NCBI GenBank assembly: GCA_965214045.1
Contig: OZ243935.1
Span: 2,794,904-2,858,903 of the forward strand
Length of the DNA stretch: 64,000 nucleotides
Source of the DNA: Candidatus Poribacteria bacterium
GTDB lineage: Bacteria > Poribacteria > WGA-4E > WGA-3G
Direction of reading: 5' to 3'
The notes below the pieces were generated by a model. That model was given only the letters and a program-made list of their open reading frames with translations, did no database searches and had not been told where the DNA came from. Below are positions 36,138 to 45,491 of this stretch, piece after piece. The position numbers were made by a program, and so were the translations under genes. The first letter of the stretch is position 1. Each line of letters opens with the position of its first letter.

Positions 36138-38282
36138 TTATACGTAAAGGGTTCTAACCAGTTGGTCGATGTGGCTTAAGGGTCCATCAGGTCTACCAAA
36201 GTTCTTCGCAAGGTAAGCGAACGCTTGAATCCGTTTGAGTTCGGACGCTATTAAGGCATGTGCGCGAGTGTCCAGATTATCCAAATCCGGGGGTAGCGCG
36301 ATAAAATCGTGGATTTCACTGTGCGTTTTGCTGGTCTTACTACACGTGCGGAGCAGCCTCCCGCGCCGCTGCGTCCACTGCCGTTCCACTGTGGTGCTCG
36401 CCAAAATAAAAGCCTTCTCAATTTCTGGGATATTCACGCCTTCATCAAGTACACGCTTTGCGGTTAAGACACGCAGCGTTCCTTCTTGAAAGGACTGAAT
36501 AATCTGTGCGGTTTTTTTACGGTCACCTGTTTCTTTGTAGGTCAGTTGATGAAACAGCACCCCGTGTCTGTTCAGTAAGGCGTTAACAGCTTTCAGCTGC
36601 TGCGGTGCCTTGTCAGAGGCGTAAATCAAGGTATGCTGGAGTTTGTTGAAATCTTCGCGTTGCGTTAAGACATCTTCTAACACGGCGACCTTATTTTCTG
36701 CGTTCTCCAAAAGTGCCCGACGGTCTCGGAGCAATTTCATAAGGTACACATTGTCCGCATCCTCGTTCTCCTGCATCCACGCATTTTTCCTGATCTCTTC
36801 CGTGAGAGCATACCACTCCTCCATTTCGTCCTCTGTGAGTTCTACCGGATGCACGTAGTATTCGTATTCAACGAGGCATCTGCCGATGGCTTCCTCAAGT
36901 GTGAACTCAAAAACAATAGGTCCGAAAAACGCAAATAACTGATCCGTGCCTTCTTCATCGTATTGACGGATCGGAGTTGCGGATAAACCTAATCGATAAT
37001 CGAAAAATTCAGGCGGATCGGTGATGAATCCTTCACTTCCGAGATTGTGGACTTCATCAGCAATGAGTAAGGTTTTACAATCGAATTTCTTCAGTTCCTC
37101 TTTAAAATTAGGACTGCAAAGGGTCTTATGAGAAACAATGGCGATCTCAATGTCGCTACTACCGAATCGAAGCCTCCGCTCAAGTTTCTTAAGTTCAGCT
37201 GCACGTCCCCTTGCTCCATTCACCTCAGTCAGATTAACTGGCTTCAGCCCAAAGGATGAAATTTCATCACACCACTGTTGGATGAGGGGTATATAGGGCG
37301 CGGCAACGACGATAAGCAGTGGTTTCTCCGTCTCATAGAGTCTATGTGCACAAATCATGGCAGCGATGGTTTTTCCTGAACCTGTTGCCATTTCTAATAT
37401 CCCTTGATGACCGCCTTCACACCACGCTTTCACAGCTCTCCCTTGATGTTCAAAGTCACCCTCCTCAAATTCCAGATATGATGGTATTGTAAATGAAGGA
37501 CGGGGCACCTTAAAGTCGTAAGTTGTAGAAGCTTCCTGTATAGCAGCAGCTTCCGCTTTGTAGAGTGTGTGAAAGTCGTCCTCTGTCGGTGGGATATCGG
37601 AGTTATAGGTTTTCAACAGATTTTCCTTAATTGCTTGTGGTATCGGAATCACAGTGCACGTCTCATCGTAATTCGTCCAAAATTGCTTGAACTGATCGCA
37701 CAATTTTTCTGTAATATAGTATTGGTTACCATCTTCCCACGATTTGGAGATGGACATCTGCTCAATATTTTTCTGAATACCGGCGTAGGTCATATTGCTG
37801 GAGCCGTGTGCTGCGATAACATCGTCACCCTCGTGAAAGAGCCAGACCTTGGGGTGGAAAAGCGCATCTTTCATCAAAGCGATTTTGATTTCCACGCGTC
37901 TGTGACGCAGCATCCATGAGAGGCATTTCAGCGTATGCTGCGCAATAGCGTTTTCGGTAACAACAAAATCTTCTAAAGCTGTGTTGACGATATCCTCTAC
38001 GGAGGCTACGCCTTCTGCTATTGCCGCTTTGTCTTCAGGGCGGAGCAGCGGACTGATAATCAGACGCAAACTTTCGTCTGCACAGTTTATGAACGTTGCT
38101 AATCCTGGCGCAAGGGACACCAGAATTTCACTCGAAAAGAAACCTATCATGCAATCAACATGCGTAGCAGACTGAAAGCACGGAATTAGGACATCTTCTG
38201 TCGCGGGATCCTTTGGCAACATGTAAAGGGGTCGAATATCGGGTATCGCCCGAAGTGTCATCCCATGATTTTTTCTTTTCAT
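36138..38282 (-). CDS. Phospholipase-D-family nuclease domain fused to an SF2 (DEAD/DEAH) helicase
   Basis: 714 aa. N-terminal HxK...GSxN (HPKVWLFHEG...GSSNMTYAG). Helicase motifs I MATGSGKTIAAM, II IADEVHN, VI QRRGRLLR. Confidence 0.65.
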   Translation of the reverse strand: MKRKNHGMTLRAIPDIRPLYMLPKDPATEDVLIPCFQSATHVDCMIGFFSSEILVSLAPGLATFINCADESLRLIISPLLRPEDKAAIAEGVASVEDIVNTALEDFVVTENAIAQHTLKCLSWMLRHRRVEIKIALMKDALFHPKVWLFHEGDDVIAAHGSSNMTYAGIQKNIEQMSISKSWEDGNQYYITEKLCDQFKQFWTNYDETCTVIPIPQAIKENLLKTYNSDIPPTEDDFHTLYKAEAAAIQEASTTYDFKVPRPSFTIPSYLEFEEGDFEHQGRAVKAWCEGGHQGILEMATGSGKTIAAMICAHRLYETEKPLLIVVAAPYIPLIQQWCDEISSFGLKPVNLTEVNGARGRAAELKKLERRLRFGSSDIEIAIVSHKTLCSPNFKEELKKFDCKTLLIADEVHNLGSEGFITDPPEFFDYRLGLSATPIRQYDEEGTDQLFAFFGPIVFEFTLEEAIGRCLVEYEYYVHPVELTEDEMEEWYALTEEIRKNAWMQENEDADNVYLMKLLRDRRALLENAENKVAVLEDVLTQREDFNKLQHTLIYASDKAPQQLKAVNALLNRHGVLFHQLTYKETGDRKKTAQIIQSFQEGTLRVLTAKRVLDEGVNIPEIEKAFILASTTVERQWTQRRGRLLRTCSKTSKTHSEIHDFIALPPDLDNLDTRAHALIASELKRIQAFAYLAKNFGRPDGPLSHIDQLVRTLYV

Positions 38283-38318
38283 ATTGGTTTACAGGTATAG
38301 AAATTGATGTGATTAAAA

Positions 38319-39572
38319 TCAGTGTTGGTTTGCCCCTTTGCGAGCGTTACATTGTCTGCAAAGTGTTTGGGCGTTTTCAAGAGTTGTTTTCCCACCATCC
38401 GCGTGAGGAGTTATGTGATCAGCTTCCATTTTATCAAATTCGATTTTTTGGTTGCATCCTTGACAAGTCTCATTGTCTCTACGCCAAATCACAATTCGTT
38501 CGTCACGAGAGAAAGCACGTTGTGAGTCTTTTCGCACTAAGTGCTGGATGTCTCGGAGGAATCGTCTTTTATATACTTCATGTCGCTTTTCGAGGTTAGG
38601 TTTTGTCCCACCTGAGCGGATGAAAGCTTCAATGTAATCATACATATCTCTATCCCAAAGACTTTTGCCTGCAGCAAGTAATTCACTGGGATCTGATATA
38701 ACTGACCGCCTCTCTTCTTCAAAGGCAACGTAAAAATCAGCGAAGTCAATCTCGTGATCTCGGATAACATAGGACTTATTCATTTCCGAAATTAGTAAAT
38801 ATAAGTCTACAAAGCCCCACTTAACGTCCATGTCGGGAGGACGATTTTCCAAAACTTTTTCCATATATCCTAAGTGCCGTCGAACTTTTTTGGCAACAGA
38901 TCCATTGTGGTCAAAATTCTGATTATTCCTGTACATTTTGGTGAGACTCGGTGCCTTGACATCCGTTGGTCCTTGTGCTATCTCCAGACGCGTTACTACA
39001 GCGGCCAGGTCATGCCACCCAAATCTCTTTTCTGAAAGGAAGGTTAATGGAAAAACACGATGGTTATCTCCTAAGTTTGCTATGAAATCTCGCATTTTAC
39101 CCGGCATAGCGTTTCGTTTTTCTACAGGATTCAAAGACAGTCCTTCTTGCAATCTTAGAAAAAGATCTCGTATATCTAAATCTGATGCATCCTCAACCTC
39201 AACTAAATTAAGCTCAAATATTGCAAATTGATCCTGAATATCGCTTGGCAATTCTGAGAATTTCTTACCTGATAAGTCCCCAAAATTAGGTATGTCTCTT
39301 GATGCTTCACCCAGGACATACTGATCATCATGGAAATCCCAAATAGCATTCAGCCTTTGCTGTCCATCAACAACCTCATGCTCATACTCAGAATCAGACG
39401 ATACTCGGAGGTAAAATTTGGGCATATCATATTGTCGAAGTATTGAGTCAATAAGCAATTGCTTTTTTGCCTCATTCCAAACTGGAGTCCGCTGATACTG
39501 AGGTCTTGGATTTATCTTTGGCTTCCTTCTGGCAATTGTTTCAATTGTCCAATGTCTTGGTCGAGTTTTCAT
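38319..39572 (-). CDS. DUF262 (ParB-like, DGQQR motif) plus C-terminal HNH nuclease; GmrSD / SspE-like
   Basis: 417 aa. N-terminal VVDGQQRLNAI. C-terminal CQGCNQKIEFDKMEADHITPHADGGKTTLENAQTLCRQCNARKG. Confidence 0.65.
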   Translation of the reverse strand: MKTRPRHWTIETIARRKPKINPRPQYQRTPVWNEAKKQLLIDSILRQYDMPKFYLRVSSDSEYEHEVVDGQQRLNAIWDFHDDQYVLGEASRDIPNFGDLSGKKFSELPSDIQDQFAIFELNLVEVEDASDLDIRDLFLRLQEGLSLNPVEKRNAMPGKMRDFIANLGDNHRVFPLTFLSEKRFGWHDLAAVVTRLEIAQGPTDVKAPSLTKMYRNNQNFDHNGSVAKKVRRHLGYMEKVLENRPPDMDVKWGFVDLYLLISEMNKSYVIRDHEIDFADFYVAFEEERRSVISDPSELLAAGKSLWDRDMYDYIEAFIRSGGTKPNLEKRHEVYKRRFLRDIQHLVRKDSQRAFSRDERIVIWRRDNETCQGCNQKIEFDKMEADHITPHADGGKTTLENAQTLCRQCNARKGANQH

Positions 39573-39621
39573 GGGTCAGCCCTACTCCGATTGCATAAAT
39601 AGATTCTGTGCAGTAGAAATA

Positions 39622-40473
39622 TCACTTATGGCACGCCAAACACGGTTCCTCATCATCCTCATCGTCAAGCACATCCGTGAAGATTTGCACCAAACGTTGA
39701 TTCGGTCTCTCGGATCGCTTGGCGGCAAGGGCTGCTGTAGCCTCCGCCTTAATCTGCGCGACACGCTCCGGTCGCGACAACTCCGCTAAACTCTCGCCTT
39801 GACACCACGTGAATTGTTGATCTGTCCTGGCATTTTCATTAGGCTCTTCTTCATATTTCCTCGCGAGCGCAAAGAGATCAGGATGCTTTTCTAATAAGCC
39901 GACCCACTCGGCTTTACGCTGGAAGAAACAGAAATAACACCCGGAACGCGTCCGCCACTCGTAATACGTCGGAAGCCCGAGCCCGCTCTCCTCCAGAATC
40001 CGATAGACATCCTCTTTCGTGATGCCGTCCTCTTTGAACGGATACTTCGGTTCAATGTTCCGTAAATCCGTGGTTCTCAGCGGTTTGTAACCCGTCCTGT
40101 CTTCGTCTGCACGGATGGCGATGTAGTGATACGCTTTGTCTGCGCCGATGTATTCCTCGAAAGGTATGATTTTCAGGTTAGCTGTGCACCAGCGGACTTG
40201 GGAGGACGGCAAGAGCCCCCCGTATAAGGCTAACCAGTGGTCAAAACTGCGGTCTTCATTCGGATCCGGATTCATATTGAGACGGACAATCGGTTTGCCG
40301 AGATGCGCTTCTAACCGATCCAGGTATTCATACGTCTCTGGAAGTTCCTTACCTGTATCCGAGAAAAAGTATTCCATCTCTATTTCCGGTTTTTCTCTAC
40401 GCATGTAAACCGCGAGGGCGGAACTGTCTTTGCCGCCAGAGAGTCCGAGGACGTGTCGGATATTTTCTGCCAT
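39622..40473 (-). CDS. PAPS-reductase-family ATP pyrophosphatase (SspD/DndC-like)
   Basis: 283 aa. PP-loop LSGGKDSSALAVYM. C-terminal CxxC (CLACHK). Confidence 0.65.
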   Translation of the reverse strand: MAENIRHVLGLSGGKDSSALAVYMRREKPEIEMEYFFSDTGKELPETYEYLDRLEAHLGKPIVRLNMNPDPNEDRSFDHWLALYGGLLPSSQVRWCTANLKIIPFEEYIGADKAYHYIAIRADEDRTGYKPLRTTDLRNIEPKYPFKEDGITKEDVYRILEESGLGLPTYYEWRTRSGCYFCFFQRKAEWVGLLEKHPDLFALARKYEEEPNENARTDQQFTWCQGESLAELSRPERVAQIKAEATAALAAKRSERPNQRLVQIFTDVLDDEDDEEPCLACHK

Positions 40474-40546
40474 GTCTCCTCCTACGAGTCAGTTGTGCAG
40501 AGGCGTATAAAACACGAGGCACAACCGAACAGGGTATGCTACGGTG

Positions 40547-43500
40547 TTAAATTGCCCTTTCGTTCTCAAATGCCTGCATCAGTTTTTGTGAGATACGCGC
40601 CAAAACAGCGAGTCGGAATCCGTGATTTTTCTCTGCGTCCAGTTCATCAAAAGCCGTCTCAATCGCGCGTTCCAATCCAACTGCCTGTGCCTCGGCAGTT
40701 GCGGGTAAAGTGACGACCTGTTCTTGTTCGGGTTGGTTTCGGGTTGTAATACCGATCCGAATCGCTTCACCTGTCGAGGTTTCAGTATGACCGGGTTGAT
40801 CGTAAGACACGGCTTCAAGGTGTCGGAACTTCCGTGCAAGATGTGAAAGATTATTTTGGAATTGGGCTTTATCTGTGTCTAACCATTTATCCGGCGGTTT
40901 TTTCGCGAGATAACTCGCGAGAGCGACAAGCCAGCTTTTGAAATCGTGTCCACCGCTATGGATGTTGATTAAGAATCCCTTGAGGTCGGTTTCGATCGCG
41001 ACCGGTAACAGGACTTCAGCTCTACAGACGAGGGCATCGCGGAGTGTCTCTGATGTGAGATCAAACGCTGTCGCTAACATCTCCTCAAGAGAATCCAATA
41101 GACGGTCGTATGCCTGATTTAACTCGGATAACGCCCCTTGCAGCGTCCCGAAAAATTGTGAAACGCCGTGGGGATCCGTTGCTGTCTCTGCCTTAAAAGC
41201 CGGGAACCCGAGTGCTGCTGGCAGCTGTTTAAAGAGGAGTTCATCAGGTTCGCGTGCATTTCCGAGGGTGGCACGGAGATTTTGAGCAGCTTCACTGAGT
41301 TCTTGCGTGGTCCGCGTGTACTGCGGGAGTTCGCTGATCGTCTGGACCAACGGCACGACAACCGTCAAGAGATCCGGTTTTTCAGAGGCTTCAGCGGTAT
41401 CGAGCGCGCCTAAAAATTGGGGGAACAGGTCGGCACGGATATCCGTCATCCGAAAACGTTTCAGTTCAAAGCGTTCTGGTCTTTTAATTAACCTTTCAAA
41501 GACGGGGATCGTCCAGTTCGGGATGAAGGATCCGTTTTCATAGAGGGCGATCTCTGTTTTGTAGTGAAGTATCACCGCACATAACAGGATAGGCAGCGGT
41601 CCCTCGCGGGCACCAATAGGCGGTTTCATCAGGTCTGTGTAGAGGTTAGGCAACGGCTGCCGTCTGTCTTCACACGTTTCAAGGAACTGCTCAATCGCTT
41701 CCCATATCGGTCGGACATCGTTTGTCGCGTCAGGTGAGGGCGGATGAAACCGCCACATATCCGATCCTGGAATTTGACGATGGATGCCTGTTTCTAAGAG
41801 AAGCGACCGGTAGATACTCATTTCAGCGGGGTAACCCTCTATACCGAGATTATCTTCGGCTTCCTTTTCAAGCATCGCTTGGATGAGTTTCCGCCTCGCG
41901 GTTGTAACAGCACCGGAGACTTTCCGTCTGTTAATGAGTTCGTGCCGAATCACAGGCGTTTTGGGGTAGACAGCATCGCAGATTTCTGAGAGATATCCAT
42001 TTCTCTCACGCAGCGACTTGATGGGGATCTCTTTTCCCTTATGATACCATTGACACGGATTGTCAGTACCGCCTTTACCTTTAAAGAGTGACGTTACTTC
42101 TTCAGATACACTGCGTTCCGCTTCTGAGGAACGGATTGCGAGTTCACGTCTGGCGGTTTTATCGCCTTCAAGTTCTTCCGTATTCTGCGAGACCCAGTGC
42201 AAACACGCAAGTTCTCTGACGGCACCGTATAGCGTATCTGTGGATGTTGGCATCGCAAGGAGTACCTCCTCGCGGCTTTCGAGGTTTTCACGTTTCGCTT
42301 TTTCGAGGATTTGCTTACCTTCGTTTTCATCCCCCGGCAATGCATAGAGCACAAGTCCATCTGCCGAATCAAGAGGTGCTGCGAGGGTATCCTCAAAGTT
42401 GTCAAGGTCTGTATAACGCACTGTGAAATAGCGGAGGGTGCCTTTCTCAAAAAGATGTCTGCGTGCGATGAGAGGGCGCGGCGGTATGAAATCTGACAAA
42501 TAGGTCATCAATCTTTCGTTTCGATTGAGCTGCCCTTCTGCATGCTGGAGCCGCTCTTCGATATTAATATCGCTGCCTTCCCAGAGCGCATAGGTCTTAT
42601 TATGCCGCCGATGGATCACAATTGAACGGGCTTGGATGTCTTCAAGTGTCCTGCTAAATTCCTCCTTAAATCCTGCCGTCTGATCGTCTAAAGCATAACG
42701 GAGGACCCCTTCTGAAGCGTTTAGGTTTCTACTGACTTCTCCGACAATCCCAAGCAGACCGATGGTTTTGATGAGTTTCACGAGCAGCGGCGATGGATCC
42801 GCCAATCGGTTGATAGCCATCTCAACTTCGAGCCACCGGTCCCCTTCGCGCGAGGTATAGAGTCGGTTTCCCAGACTGAGCTGGAGATAATCGTAGAGGT
42901 CGGGGATTGAAAACATCGGCAGCGTGTTCCCGTCATAAGACCGGTTTTCCAGAAAATCGCGGAGTCCATGCGGTTCAACTGCATTCAGGAAAGCAAAGAG
43001 AGAGCGTTCATTTTGTGCGAATTTTCGGAAAACGGGTCCGATGAGGAGTGCTACAGTTGGGTGAAGCGGTAGACAATTTCGGAGCAACTCGCGAAAGGCA
43101 GCCGCATCGCCGAATGGATTGAGATTGAGATCAGAGGCAGGCAGCAGCTGCAGGTCTCCGATACCTTCCGTGTCCTTGTTTTGGATAGCGGAGCCAATGA
43201 GTTGAAGGATTTGATCTGCCGGTTCCACGAAGGCGAGATCTTCAAACCGTCCTTGAACCTTTGCCCATTCCTCGCGTTGTGAGGCTGCTGCTCTGTTTGC
43301 ATAGTGTTCAAAAGCTTGATGCAAGATAGTCATGAAAAAGAGGGGTGTCTCTGCACTCCGTGTCGCAAATTCAGCGAGGGTTTGTAGCACAAACACATCG
43401 CCTTGCGCAGGATGTTGTGCGGCGTGTTCAAGGAACTTGCCAAGTTCGTCAACCACGAGTAACAAACCGCCACCGCCTTTTTTCTTGATTGTCAGTGTTG

Positions 43501-44056
43501 CAGATTCAAAAAGTGCTGTGACTTCAGTTGCTGACAAGGGATTGCCGTTTTTCTCTGTTTTCAAGAGTGCTTGGATGTCTTTTCGCAGGGAGTGTCTTGC
43601 GGTGATATGAAAGGTTTGAAGTCCGTGTTCTAATCCTTGCAAGAGGGCGTGTGTAATGGATGCGCGTTCGCCAGAGATAAGCACTGGACAAAAACCAACT
43701 GCCGTTTTTTCTCTGTTCCCGTTTAGGCTCAAAAAACGTTCGTATAATGGCGGATCGCTGTGTTTGAGTAATTTCAGAGCGTGTTTTGTTGTGGCGGTGT
43801 CAGTGTTTCCGAAGAGTTTTGCGGCGAAGAGTGCGAACGCAGATTTCCCCGCTCCGTAAGGACCCGTGAGGGACCACGCTTTTGATGTCGCCTCGTTCTC
43901 TCGTGCTGTGATAAGCCGAGCAAGGGTCTCCCGTGCTTTGACAGTCACAACGTAGCCATCTAAGGCGTTTTCGGTATAGAAATCGCGTGCCAGATGAACA
44001 GAACGTTGAAAGCGTTTGGTGATGTGAAAAATATCTGACAAGGGTGTGTTAGCCAT
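40547..44056 (-). CDS. Large P-loop ATPase (SspC/BrxC-like, DUF499-type)
   Basis: 1169 aa. Walker A LTGPYGAGKSAFALF (~aa 66). Walker B LLLVVDELGKF (~aa 210). 8-bp overlap with the upstream DUF4007 gene. Confidence 0.55.
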   Translation of the reverse strand: MANTPLSDIFHITKRFQRSVHLARDFYTENALDGYVVTVKARETLARLITARENEATSKAWSLTGPYGAGKSAFALFAAKLFGNTDTATTKHALKLLKHSDPPLYERFLSLNGNREKTAVGFCPVLISGERASITHALLQGLEHGLQTFHITARHSLRKDIQALLKTEKNGNPLSATEVTALFESATLTIKKKGGGGLLLVVDELGKFLEHAAQHPAQGDVFVLQTLAEFATRSAETPLFFMTILHQAFEHYANRAAASQREEWAKVQGRFEDLAFVEPADQILQLIGSAIQNKDTEGIGDLQLLPASDLNLNPFGDAAAFRELLRNCLPLHPTVALLIGPVFRKFAQNERSLFAFLNAVEPHGLRDFLENRSYDGNTLPMFSIPDLYDYLQLSLGNRLYTSREGDRWLEVEMAINRLADPSPLLVKLIKTIGLLGIVGEVSRNLNASEGVLRYALDDQTAGFKEEFSRTLEDIQARSIVIHRRHNKTYALWEGSDINIEERLQHAEGQLNRNERLMTYLSDFIPPRPLIARRHLFEKGTLRYFTVRYTDLDNFEDTLAAPLDSADGLVLYALPGDENEGKQILEKAKRENLESREEVLLAMPTSTDTLYGAVRELACLHWVSQNTEELEGDKTARRELAIRSSEAERSVSEEVTSLFKGKGGTDNPCQWYHKGKEIPIKSLRERNGYLSEICDAVYPKTPVIRHELINRRKVSGAVTTARRKLIQAMLEKEAEDNLGIEGYPAEMSIYRSLLLETGIHRQIPGSDMWRFHPPSPDATNDVRPIWEAIEQFLETCEDRRQPLPNLYTDLMKPPIGAREGPLPILLCAVILHYKTEIALYENGSFIPNWTIPVFERLIKRPERFELKRFRMTDIRADLFPQFLGALDTAEASEKPDLLTVVVPLVQTISELPQYTRTTQELSEAAQNLRATLGNAREPDELLFKQLPAALGFPAFKAETATDPHGVSQFFGTLQGALSELNQAYDRLLDSLEEMLATAFDLTSETLRDALVCRAEVLLPVAIETDLKGFLINIHSGGHDFKSWLVALASYLAKKPPDKWLDTDKAQFQNNLSHLARKFRHLEAVSYDQPGHTETSTGEAIRIGITTRNQPEQEQVVTLPATAEAQAVGLERAIETAFDELDAEKNHGFRLAVLARISQKLMQAFENERAI

Positions 44057-45032
44057 AACACCTCTCTAAAAGTTCCATTTCATTAAGATCTCTCTGTCGA
44101 TACAGTTGTTTCAGACCCGTCGTTTCATCGTATTCAAACGCGCCATCTGTGAGTTCTGCGAGGTCCTCAAGATAGACCGTCAGGGTATCCTCATCTAATC
44201 TGAAAACGCGTCCAGGACTCGATGGGGCATACATCAGTTCTGAGAACGCCAGTGAGTTTCTCTGGGAGAATTCGTTCGCCGAAAACGTGTCTTGTGCCCA
44301 AGGGTATGGATGTTTCCAAAATGTGTTCAATGCCCAGGCGACGACTGCCGTGGAAAGTGTTTCTTTTTCGCCACGCTGGAATTCATAACCATCTCCACCC
44401 ATTAATTCCGAGATCAGGTTCAACTCGACGAGCGGGCAGTCGAAGGTATCTTCAACGACAGCAGTGGTATCGCGTGATTGACAGTAAGTTCGGAGAAAAC
44501 AATTGACATCGCGCCGGAGTGTATTGTCGGAGACCAACCGCATCCCGGGTCTCTGTTGCTGTGCCCACCTGTAGACCTTTTGTGTAAATATATCCGGCAT
44601 AAACGGATTATCTGTTAAAATATTGAATGCCCAATACCAGGCTGTGGCTTGGGTGCCGCCTGTTGCGATCTGGTAGTGGATGATCCATAGCGTCGCCGGG
44701 TCTTCAAGGTATGGGTCGAATCCTTCTTCAGCAAAAATGTCTTTACCGAGTTGAGTCGGTGCAAATTGCCCGCGTCGGGACTGGGCGGTATCCTCTTTGA
44801 TGAGTCGAGTTGCCCGACACCAATGCCGAATGGAGTCCACCATGTTTTTTCCGACCCCTAAAGTAACGGAAGCATCCGCAGCTGAAAAAATGGTCGGATT
44901 TTCTATCACGGCATCAACGCCTTTCTTCAACCATGTATAGCGAAAAGGGAAGGTCTGGTGTCCTGAAAAAGAGGGGGAGATCGGTGGGATGTTACGCATA
45001 ACCTGCCCCCCTGGAGTATCTGGGCGGGTCAT
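44049..45032 (-). CDS. DUF4007-family protein (SspB-like)
   Basis: 327 aa. N-terminus SFSGHQTFPFRYTWLKKG matches the DUF4007 signature as I recall it. First gene of the operon. Confidence 0.5.
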   Translation of the reverse strand: MTRPDTPGGQVMRNIPPISPSFSGHQTFPFRYTWLKKGVDAVIENPTIFSAADASVTLGVGKNMVDSIRHWCRATRLIKEDTAQSRRGQFAPTQLGKDIFAEEGFDPYLEDPATLWIIHYQIATGGTQATAWYWAFNILTDNPFMPDIFTQKVYRWAQQQRPGMRLVSDNTLRRDVNCFLRTYCQSRDTTAVVEDTFDCPLVELNLISELMGGDGYEFQRGEKETLSTAVVAWALNTFWKHPYPWAQDTFSANEFSQRNSLAFSELMYAPSSPGRVFRLDEDTLTVYLEDLAELTDGAFEYDETTGLKQLYRQRDLNEMELLERCYG

Positions 45033-45159
45033 GCGAAAAGCAGGACGCGTCGAGCGTAACGCGGAACAATGAAAATAGCCCTTCGGTTAAGCGAGCGCGC
45101 GGGATAGCGGCAGCTGCAATAAAGGATTTATATTGTGTTTTACTTAATTTTTGTAAAGT

Positions 45160-45169
45160 GGGGGGGGGG
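45160..45169. repeat. G10 homopolymeric tract ~130 bp upstream of the defense operon start
   Basis: GTGGGGGGGGGGT read directly at 45160-45169 in the 460-bp intergenic region. Confidence 0.85.
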
Positions 45170-45491
45170 TAGATTGGCTTGTTAAATCAGGTGCCCAGAC
45201 GGCTTCCGGGGGTACGAATAACCTCTTGAGGCAAGGATTCTTATCAAGCATACGTGCTATTCTGATTATAGTGTTCATATCTCGATTTTTCATTCGCTTT
45301 ATTGATTAAGTACAGAGTGATGGGAATATTCAGATTTTTGTTCCTGATGTCAAGTTTACTTAAAATTTTAGCACGGATTCGTATTAAATGTCAAATTTTT
45401 TTGCTTTACTGCATCTATCATTAGTTTTTAGAATTTTATATGGATCGGATGTTCTAAAAGTTTAAGGGATATCGCAGGAAAAATTGGAGGG

